Source: Thermodesulfobacteriota bacterium (lineage in GTDB: Bacteria; Desulfobacterota; Desulfarculia; JACQYL01). From it: a stretch of DNA of 64,000 bases. The notes beneath the pieces were generated by a model. That model saw only the letters and a program-made list of their open reading frames with translations, made no database searches and was not told where the DNA came from. Positions within the stretch are counted from its first letter, which is position 1; every line of letters starts with the position of its first letter. Where the stretch lies: assembly GCA_963675595.2 (NCBI GenBank), contig CAXXLZ010000002.1, forward strand, positions 960,001 to 1,024,000, read 5' to 3'. Positions 54,682 through 64,000 of this stretch are shown here, one piece after another. Position numbers and translations under genes: made by a program.

Positions 54682-54713
54682 ACGTCCGGAAGAGAAAAGG
54701 AAGAACGGGCGTC

Positions 54714-55910
54714 TTATGGACCGTCTTCCCGAAGAAGTGCGTCACAGACGCGAGGGGTGACGGAACGTTCGGGATCGCCTCCTTCAGTGTCCGGTAATGG
54801 TTCCGCGGGCCGCTCTCCGGCCAGAATGGCGGCAACGCGCTGCGCCGCTCGCCCATCGCCGAAAGCGGATGTCTTTCTTGAACATCGGGCGTGTTCCGCG
54901 GGATCGGACAGGAGTCGATGCGCCGCGGCCAGAATATGGTCGGGGTCCGTTCCCACCAGTTGAGCGCTGCCTTCGGTTACGGCTTCCGGGCGCTCGGTTT
55001 CCGTTCTCATGACCAGAGTGGGGATGCCGAGGAAGGAAGTCTCCTCCTGAACACCTCCGGAATCGGTGAGCACCATGTGAGCCCTTTGGAGGCAGGAAAC
55101 GAATTGAGGATAGGCGAGGGGTTGTGTCAAGCGTACCGCCGTGCCCCCCAACTGTCTGATAATGGTCCGACTTACCGCCGGGTTGGGATGCACGGCCAAG
55201 AGAACCTCCACGTCTTCTCGACGGGCCAAGTCGGCCAACGCCCGACAGATTCCATGGAGAACGGCTCCCTGATTTTCGCGCCGATGCACCGTCGCCGGCA
55301 CCAGCAGACGATCGCATTGAAGGTTTTTTTGGGATTCCGGCCGATCCTCCGCCATTGCGCGAAGGCGGCATAGGGCGTCGATGCACGTATTGCCCGTAAA
55401 GAAGACCCGCTCCGGAGGTCGTCCCTCACTAAGAAGCCGATCGGCCGCGTTCCGGGTGGGAGCGAACAGCCAGTCCCCAAGCTCGTCGGCGAGGCGCCGA
55501 TACATTTCTTCAGGAAAGGGGCGTCGCCGGTTCCCCGACCGCAGGCCCGATTCCAGATGCCCGAATGGGATTCCCCGGTGGAAGGCCGCAAGTCCCGCCG
55601 CCAGGGCGGTTACCGTATCCCCCTGCGCCAGGACCACGTTGGGCCGCATCTCGCCGAAGGCCTCATACAGCCCCCGATTGGCGCGCGAAAGGAGTTCCGA
55701 CGGTCCCTGGCCCGGTCGTAGGAGGCCCAGATTCCGACGGGTGTGAATCCCGAACCAGGCGAGAGCAGGCTGCAGAAGCTCCCTGTGCTGTCCGGTGGTG
55801 ATCACCAGAGGCTCGAATTGATCTCCATGCGCGGCGAGCTCGAGAATCACCGGCCCCATCTTGACCGCCTCGGGCCGCGTCCCCACCACGCACGCCACAC
55901 GCGTTCTCAC
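54714..55910 (-). CDS. wecB: UDP-N-acetylglucosamine 2-epimerase (non-hydrolysing)
   Basis: GTRPEAVKM, TGQH, QGDT, PFPEE, HRREN and TDSGGVQEE motifs. Confidence 0.95.
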   Translation of the reverse strand: MRTRVACVVGTRPEAVKMGPVILELAAHGDQFEPLVITTGQHRELLQPALAWFGIHTRRNLGLLRPGQGPSELLSRANRGLYEAFGEMRPNVVLAQGDTVTALAAGLAAFHRGIPFGHLESGLRSGNRRRPFPEEMYRRLADELGDWLFAPTRNAADRLLSEGRPPERVFFTGNTCIDALCRLRAMAEDRPESQKNLQCDRLLVPATVHRRENQGAVLHGICRALADLARREDVEVLLAVHPNPAVSRTIIRQLGGTAVRLTQPLAYPQFVSCLQRAHMVLTDSGGVQEETSFLGIPTLVMRTETERPEAVTEGSAQLVGTDPDHILAAAHRLLSDPAEHARCSRKTSAFGDGRAAQRVAAILAGERPAEPLPDTEGGDPERSVTPRVCDALLREDGP

Positions 55911-56040
55911 GGCCGGCCGTCCGGCAAGACTCCTGAAACCGCCCCGTCCGCGGCCGCCCGAGCGTCGGTTCCGCGCCGTGCGGGGAGGCTCCCATGGGAA
56001 AAGGAACTAAGACTCACGCCCCATCGATATTCAGAAGCCT

Positions 56041-56817
56041 TCACGACGCACCCCCTGGACGTGTCTCACGGCCGTTGCATCGACATTTCCAGACCAATCG
56101 AAGAAAACTCAAGAGGGCCCGCATCCTGCCGGCACGGGGCGGTTGGGTCACCAAGCGATACAGCCACTCCAGACCGGCTCGTTGCAGAAAAACGGGCGCT
56201 CGTCCGACTTCGCCGGCAAGCACGTCGAAGCTGCCGCCTACGCCCATGACGCATTCAACGGGAAGCTGATCCAGATGCCGTGCAATCCATTTCTCCTGTT
56301 TCGGACTGCCCAGGGCCACGAAAAGAAAATCCGGTTTCGCCAGACAGATTCTTTGGAGGATCAGAGCGTCATCGTCTTCGTATCCATGCTGCGTTTCCAC
56401 GTGCGCGATGCCGGGATATCTCCGCCGAACGACCCTGCCGAGCCGAGAGCAGACTTCGGGTTTCGAGCCATATAGGAAAACCCGTTTGCCTCCCGCGTGA
56501 GCCGATTCCAGCAATGTCATGAACAGACCGATACCGGTGACTCTCGGTATGTGCCCGAGACCTAGTGCCCTTGTGGACAGCACTACGCCGATCCCGTCGG
56601 GAATCAACAGCGTGGCCTTGGTTTCAATGATGTGCGAGAGCTCTTCATCCTCCAGGAACCTCATGACCTTTTCGGGGTTCTGAGCAACGACGAATTGCCT
56701 GACCCCCCGATCGATCCCTTCCATGAGGTATTCCAGGGCTCGGCAGGCATCCACCGCGTGTACCGGACACCCAAGGATTCGCCTTTTTTCCGGGCACGCC
56801 CGCGATATTTCCTTCAT
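56041..56817 (-). CDS. WecG/TagA/CpsF-family glycosyltransferase (GT26)
   Basis: NPEKV, PDGIG, ALGSPKQEKWI, GVGGSFD and GLEWLYRL motifs; TGATG coupling at 56817. Confidence 0.92.
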   Translation of the reverse strand: MKEISRACPEKRRILGCPVHAVDACRALEYLMEGIDRGVRQFVVAQNPEKVMRFLEDEELSHIIETKATLLIPDGIGVVLSTRALGLGHIPRVTGIGLFMTLLESAHAGGKRVFLYGSKPEVCSRLGRVVRRRYPGIAHVETQHGYEDDDALILQRICLAKPDFLFVALGSPKQEKWIARHLDQLPVECVMGVGGSFDVLAGEVGRAPVFLQRAGLEWLYRLVTQPPRAGRMRALLSFLRLVWKCRCNGRETRPGGAS

Positions 56818-57359
56818 CAAGGGCCGAACCTTCCTTGAATCAGTTCCACGGCCACTTCCACGTTCCGTCTCTCCTTTTGTATCATTCCGTCGATCGCAGG
56901 CCGCATCCGTCGGCTCTGCCGGTCCAGATCGGCAATCCACACTTTCAGCTTATCCGTTACCTGATCGGGAGATTCCCGCAGTTCATCAAGGTTCGCGCCG
57001 TGGGACATCCCCGCCTGTTCCATGAACCATCGGACTTTTGGATCATAGACGAGACCGAAGGCCGGCACGTTGGAAAGCGCGCCCAAAACAACGGCATGGA
57101 GCCGCATGGCGATCACACCGTCCATTTGCGCCAGCACGGCCGCCATCTGTTCGGGCGTGTGATCCGTGTGCAGGATACAGTCTCCGTGTTCGGCGGAACT
57201 CGGCCCCATACTCCCAAGGACCCTCTCGCATACGGACCGATCCTCCCGATTTCGGAAGGGAGTGAAAACATAGCGAATCGGACGCGTGCCTCGCAGCCGT
57301 TCCAAACACTTCGCCAAATTCGGCAGGCAATGCTCGATCCCCTTGTATATTTAGCATGC

Positions 57360-58518
<1,159 letters not shown>

Positions 58519-60418
58519 CCGGTTTATGTATCACATCGGTTAACCGATGCTGCCGTGGTCTGCTGTGGCGCGGTGCTTGCGCGCGGCAGCCCCACGCGTG
58601 CCGCGCCTAGCAAGCGCCGTGTTACAGCTTCATAGGAATCAGTGACAAACAACTCAGTTGACAAAGAACACAGTTGCTTCCAAGGACGAACGGAAACCGC
58701 GATGGAGCGGATCCCGCCGATAGCCGATATTCTTTCCACCGCGGAACGGCCCCTGTGCGAGGAAACGACCCCCAATGACACCGCGGGATCAGCGGTGGTT
58801 TCGATCAGGGGTTTGCTTACGCCGCAAGCTCGCAGCAAAGATTTTGACGCCTCATCGCGCACCGTAATACGCTTTACTCGATTGGATACGATCCCAACCG
58901 CCCATCGCGCGAAGCGAGATTTCAGCGGCCCCACTCCCACCGCGTAATACATCACGGGCGTCCTTGATATCAGAGCGAGCAGAACCCGACTCATCCAGAA
59001 AGGAACCACGCGAAAGGAAGCGTCCTGCAGGAGTCCGCCTCCACCCAGTATGAATAGATCCGAACGCCTTGCCTGCTTGAAGATTCGATAAAGACCGCGA
59101 AATCTCCGGCCCATGGGAAGGCTTTTTACGCCGTGCATACGGGCCGTCGACTCCGGGTCCCAACTCAGGACCGTGATCTCGTGAATGCCCTCTTCCCTGA
59201 GGCCTTTGATCATGGCACCGAGGATGGCCTCATCTCCGATATTTCCCGCTCCGTACCAACCGGCCACGGTAACACGACGTTGGGGAGTCTCATCTTCTTC
59301 CTGCCGAACCTTTTTCGCTTCTTCCTTATAAGCTTTCCGTGTCTCCGCCAAAACGTTTTCCATGGAAAAATGGCGGCTCAACGCTTTGCTTCCGTTTCGG
59401 CTCAGACGATCTCTCAGCGAGGGGTCGCGCAGCAATCGCTCGATGCATTCCACGTACCGACCCACATCCCCCTGCTGAACCGCGAACCCGTTACGAGCCA
59501 ACTCGACCGCCTCGGTGTTGCCCCCGACGCGTGAAACGACCACCGGGGTCCGGGCCCGCATCACCTCCAGAAGAGCCATGGACATGCCTTCCATCCTCGA
59601 CGTGGAGACGAAAACGTCGGCCTCCTCCAAAAGAGCCGGCACATCTAGCCGAAACCCGAGAAAGCTCACCTTGCCACCGAGCCCCAGACGCTCCGCGCGA
59701 TGTTCCAATAAACCGCGCAGAGAACCGTCCCCCACGACGACCCCGTGAAATCCGATTTTCCGGCCGAGAGCATGGAAAACTTCGAGCAGGGTATCCGGTC
59801 CTTTCACGGCTTCTAAACGTCCCACGCTTATAATGATGGGCACGTCGGGATTTAGGCCCAATTCTCTCCGCAGCGAGGTCCGCTGCCGGCCGAAGGAAGG
59901 AGGGGAATCGGGCAGGCCGTTACGGATGACCGTAATGCGGTGGGAAGGAATGCCGTCGTTTTCGAGTTCTTTCCCGAGATACGACGACAGCACGATGAAC
60001 CTCGCGACGACCCTTCTCGTCGATCTTTCAATCACCGGATAGAAAAGGCGTTTGAGAGGCGTTGCATAGTCGCTGTAGACGGAACCGTGCACCGTATCGA
60101 TCACCGCCGCGTTGAGGCCGCGGGCGGCAAGCCGACCGACAAAGCCGCCGCGAACTCCGTGCGTATGAACGATGGTCGGCGAAGTATCCTTGAGGTGACG
60201 TCTCAGAGTTGGAATCACCCTCAGGTCCGCCGCGTTCCGCATGGGGAAGACCGTCACGGGAATCCCCAATTCCGCAGATTGCCGCGCCAACTCACCATCA
60301 ATGAAACAGATGATTTGTACGTCCACGTCGGGGTAGCGCTCGCGCAAACCTTTGCACAGAGCGAGAAGATGGACCCGTGACCCGCCTGTTTCCCCGCCGC
60401 CGATGACGTGAACGATCT

Positions 60419-61657
60419 TCACGCGGCACTTCCATCGTGCTCAACGGCAGGATCCCGCAAGGCGAACAGCATTCCCACGAAAGCATAGAAGTGCACGCCG
60501 ACATATAGAGCTTCCCAAATGCTGGCAGTCAGGTTTTGTATGGCCGAAGTGAGAATCACGCCGGATATTCCTAAATAGACAGCCCTCTCTTTGTGGTTTC
60601 CCGTTCCCCGACCCCCCCGTAAGGACAGCACAAAAAGGGTAAAAAGCAATACGACGAAGGAGATTAGACCACAGATGCCGACCTCAGCCCCAATCTTGAG
60701 GTAGTGGTTATCGATCCACCCGGCTCCGGGAAGATGATGCTTAATGGACAAAGAGCCCCCGGCCATGCCCATTCCAACCCCGAACAGCGGATGCGCCTGA
60801 ATTGTGGCAAGGGCTTTGGACCAGAAAGCCAACCGTCCATAAATCGCGCTCTGTTCATAGTAGGCCGATCCGAAAAGTTCGGCCACACGAGTCGCCACAT
60901 CGGCAGAAACTGCCAATAACACAATGACCGCTGAAGAGACAATTACCGGAATACGCCCTCTTCTCGTTGTTATCCCGTAAAACAGGATCATGATGAAACA
61001 TGCGAGCCACGCGCCCCTGGAAAAGGTCACCACCAGGCATGCGGCAAGAACAAGGGATGCCGCGGAAAAAATCATGCCCCGCCCGCCATGGCCGTACCAG
61101 GCGCGCGCAAGCGAGAAGGCCAAGACCATGTTGAGATACCCGGCCAGTGCGTTGGGGTTCGCGAAGATGGACACGATCCTGAATTGTTCCATATTCGGTT
61201 TGTTCACCCATCGTCGGCTCTCGATCCCCAACGCGTATTGCCCCAAACCCACCAGAGCGATCAAGACCCCGCTCAAGATAATCAGCTTGATGAATTCATC
61301 TCGGAGCCCTTCATCCCGCAACAAGACCATGGTGATCAGGGCATAGAGCATGGGTTGAAACGTCACGCGAAGGGCCTCCACTCCCATGCGAAAAGGCACG
61401 CCGTTTACCGACAGTGACAGTGCACATGCCAGAACAAAGGTGAGGAAGCACCATCGGACCGGACCCGACAGATCCGGCATGCCCGGACCGGTCCGCGATC
61501 CGAACAACACAAGCACCATGCAGAAAACCAGAAAGAGTTCGTCCCAAACAGGGCCCGGAAGAAAATGGAACCCATGAAAATCGCACACCGTCCGCACGAG
61601 ATAATCGATCCATGGGAAGAAAGCCAGAGGCCAAAGGACGATTCGCGGATTCTTCAT
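60419..61657 (-). CDS. O-antigen ligase/polymerase (Wzy_C) family protein
   Basis: NPNALAGYL, TFSRGAW, HPLFGVGMG and DNHYL...E.GI motifs. Confidence 0.88.
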   Translation of the reverse strand: MKNPRIVLWPLAFFPWIDYLVRTVCDFHGFHFLPGPVWDELFLVFCMVLVLFGSRTGPGMPDLSGPVRWCFLTFVLACALSLSVNGVPFRMGVEALRVTFQPMLYALITMVLLRDEGLRDEFIKLIILSGVLIALVGLGQYALGIESRRWVNKPNMEQFRIVSIFANPNALAGYLNMVLAFSLARAWYGHGGRGMIFSAASLVLAACLVVTFSRGAWLACFIMILFYGITTRRGRIPVIVSSAVIVLLAVSADVATRVAELFGSAYYEQSAIYGRLAFWSKALATIQAHPLFGVGMGMAGGSLSIKHHLPGAGWIDNHYLKIGAEVGICGLISFVVLLFTLFVLSLRGGRGTGNHKERAVYLGISGVILTSAIQNLTASIWEALYVGVHFYAFVGMLFALRDPAVEHDGSAA

Positions 61658-62886
61658 GACACGGTCTTGGCGTTGACTGATTGAATGAGTTCCAGTGCCC
61701 GATCCCAACGCGCATTCCAGGAGTTCGCTCTGCCGACCGACCGCCGCGACTCGATTTTCTTCGCATCGACGCCGGTTGCCGAAAGGTTTCGCCGAATGGC
61801 GTCTTCGAATCCGTCGGCGTCGGCTTCGATGTCGACAACGCCCTTGTACGGAAGGACTTCCGGCAGCGGAGTGGAAACCACGGGTTTGCCGGCGGACAGG
61901 TATTCAAAGAGCTTGATGGGATTTACGCTCTCCGAGAGTTTGTTGCAGCGGAAAGGAATCAGGCAGACGTCGAAGTGCTGTACGTAACATGGCAGCTCTC
62001 GATACGGCTTCTCTCCAAGAAAATGAACGTTGGTCGCTCTTGCCAAGGACCTCGTGTCCGCGGTGACCGGGCCGACCAGAACAAACGTTAGCCCTCTCAA
62101 CCGACGGGATAGTTCGGTGAGCAGTCCGTAATCGATCCAATCGCCCAGGCCTCCCATGAACCCGATCACCGGTTTGGGTTGGGAAGTCGCGCCACCGGCC
62201 AGGATTTCCCCCAAGTCCTTAGGCGTCGGCAGGCTCCCACGCCTGCTCGCGGATTCGAAGTGCTCGTATTCGCATCCGTTGGGTATGAGATGGAAGTTCG
62301 AAGACCAGCCGGATCTCTCCCTCAGCAAGGCTTGAGCGGATGCGAAACACACGTGGGCGCGTTTCATGAGCTCCTTTTCCATGGTCCTCACCTGTTCGGT
62401 GGAAATCAAACCCGGAAAGGAGGCATGGTCGTCGACGCAATCGTAGATGAGCCTGTTATAGTGAAGATGGCGGAGCAGGTCGACACAAGTGGGGAGAAAG
62501 GAGTACACATCCATTTCGTTGATATCGAGCCTTCGCAAGACATTGTTCAGGACTCCGGAGATCAGCCGCTGATTCACCCGATTGATTACACGGGACTTGC
62601 AGCCGAAAGGAAAGACCGGAGGAGGCGCCACCAGGATGATGCCCTCTCGGGTTCGTCGCGGTCCCTTTCTCCAATTGCGCCACCGGGAAAGCATGGAGCC
62701 GTTCTTCAACGGTGCGAGGAGGCTCGCCGGGGGTTCGAGATACACGACCCGGCGGCCGGTCCGGGAGCAAAGACGCATCAGATGATGCGGACGACTCTCG
62801 AGGCCTTCCCACTCGCGGGCCGAAACGGCGAGCATAGTCTGTCTGTTCAAACGGGAACGCTCCTGGTCGGTTCTTTGGGGGAGCAA
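61654..62886 (-). CDS. GT4 glycosyltransferase (TuaH-like)
   Basis: RPHHL, YDCVDDH and NPIKLFEYLSAGKPVVST motifs; start uncertain. Confidence 0.9.
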   Translation of the reverse strand: MLPQRTDQERSRLNRQTMLAVSAREWEGLESRPHHLMRLCSRTGRRVVYLEPPASLLAPLKNGSMLSRWRNWRKGPRRTREGIILVAPPPVFPFGCKSRVINRVNQRLISGVLNNVLRRLDINEMDVYSFLPTCVDLLRHLHYNRLIYDCVDDHASFPGLISTEQVRTMEKELMKRAHVCFASAQALLRERSGWSSNFHLIPNGCEYEHFESASRRGSLPTPKDLGEILAGGATSQPKPVIGFMGGLGDWIDYGLLTELSRRLRGLTFVLVGPVTADTRSLARATNVHFLGEKPYRELPCYVQHFDVCLIPFRCNKLSESVNPIKLFEYLSAGKPVVSTPLPEVLPYKGVVDIEADADGFEDAIRRNLSATGVDAKKIESRRSVGRANSWNARWDRALELIQSVNAKTVS

Positions 62887-63245
62887 AGGCTCAGAGGAAT
62901 AGGATCAATGTGTCACAGGGTAACACTCTCCGGGTTTCATTGGCAACCGAGGTTATTCCTCGAATAAACCTCCGGCGACCGCGTCGTTTCAGGTTCCAAC
63001 TCGTCACATCCCCACATCCTCCTTTCCTTTCCGCGCGGTTTGCGCTAAGGATTCCTTGATCTCATCACTTTCCCACTCGGAGAGACACAAGGTGGAATTC
63101 GCGACCCGAAAACAAGCTCGGCGCAAGCGCCCGGCATGGAAGTCAGTCGAAGCATCGGAGCCATCAGGGACCCTGCGCTCTGCAGGGAATCATTTCCTTG
63201 AGTCGCATTCCACCGCCCAATTCCATGAGAACCAGAGGAGACGGC

Positions 63246-64000
63246 GTGCGTTTTATTCGTGACCGGAGCATCGCCTTCAAGCTGTTCCTGCTCCTTTTCA
63301 CCTGCAACTTTCTGGTGTTCCTGCTGGTATTGGGAAACAACTATCGGATGTCCCGTCGGGTCGTCCTTGAAGACGTCCGGGTGAAAGCCGACTTGCTGAC
63401 CCGATCCATTTCCAGTCGCATCCGAACCGTCCTCTCTCCGGTGGAGGCCGTGGTTCGCAACTTGACCGGCACGGTGGAGCGCTTTTATCTGGAAGGAGAT
63501 GATCTGTTCAAAGCGGTCCGGGGCGTGGTGGAAGACAACCCGGATATCTTCGGCTCCGCCGTGGCCATGGAGCCCGGGGCCTTGCCCGGAGCGCCGGATT
63601 GCTTCGCACCTTACGCATATCGGGATTCGGGCCGAATCCTCACCACCTTTCTCGATTGCGATTCGTACCGTTACGTTGAGAGAGATTGGTATCGCATACC
63701 CCGCCTGCTGGAACGAGCCGTGTGGAGCGAGCCCTATTTCGACGAGGGGGGAGGCGACATCTTGATGTCCACCTACTCCGTGCCGCTGTACCGAGACATC
63801 CAGGGCAGGCGTCGTTTCGCGGGCATCGTCACCTCCGATATTTCCCTCGCTTGGCTGCAGGAGTTGGTGTCTTCCATACGAGTCGAACAATCGGGATATG
63901 CGTTTCTCCTTTCCGCAAAGGGTACGCTCCTCACCCACCCCATTAGTGACCTGGTGATGAACAAGACGATGTTCGGCATGGCCCGGCTGGAGGGTGATCC
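63246..64000 (+). CDS. Membrane sensor with dCache domain (partial, runs off window end)
   Basis: GAGGAG RBS then GTG 63246; TM segment; RDWYRIP..WSEPYFDEGGGDILMSTYSVP and GYAFLLS..G...THP motifs. Confidence 0.85.
   Translation, partial: MRFIRDRSIAFKLFLLLFTCNFLVFLLVLGNNYRMSRRVVLEDVRVKADLLTRSISSRIRTVLSPVEAVVRNLTGTVERFYLEGDDLFKAVRGVVEDNPDIFGSAVAMEPGALPGAPDCFAPYAYRDSGRILTTFLDCDSYRYVERDWYRIPRLLERAVWSEPYFDEGGGDILMSTYSVPLYRDIQGRRRFAGIVTSDISLAWLQELVSSIRVEQSGYAFLLSAKGTLLTHPISDLVMNKTMFGMARLEGD

Noticed and set aside
58540-58630. Integron attC site
   Set aside because: The ends do not fit RYYYAAC/GTTRRRY, no integrase or cassette array is present, and it lies inside the IS110.
63045-63938. 297-aa minus-strand ORF
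   Set aside because: Antisense to the dCache sensor gene on the + strand.

Overview
The window has three parts. (1) Bases 1-38417 are the right-hand part of a probable genomic island ending in a 45-bp copy of a tRNA-Val(TAC) 3' end (att-like). It carries a minus-strand type VI secretion system: tssA-B-C-hcp, tssE-F-G-clpV, vgrG, PAAR, tssK-L-M and tagF, with no recognisable tssJ in the window. Its accessory genes are unusual: an active Ser/Thr kinase-PEGA, a pseudokinase-PEGA, a PP2C phosphatase, a degenerate Hsp70-like/FHA fusion, a TolB-like propeller lipoprotein and an outer-membrane barrel. Next to them is a >1000-aa exported protein that the ORF track missed, built from a thioredoxin-like head plus 193-aa tandem repeats, with a short paralogue split by an in-frame TGA. 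(2) About 34-49 kb (overlapping the island end) is rich in IS elements (IS3, IS4, IS1380, IS1, IS1634), with truncated sulfotransferase, glycosyltransferase and thiolase genes and a HEPN-like ORF. (3) About 49-64 kb holds DUF169, an alpha-amylase flanked by inverted ~240-bp repeats, and a csaB/tagA/wecB-type surface-polysaccharide operon. The operon's GT4-CsaB fusion is interrupted by an IS110 element whose bridge-RNA guide segments can be read from the sequence. The host looks like an anaerobic diderm, possibly Desulfobacterota (inference only). All family calls are from motif recognition, not database searches.
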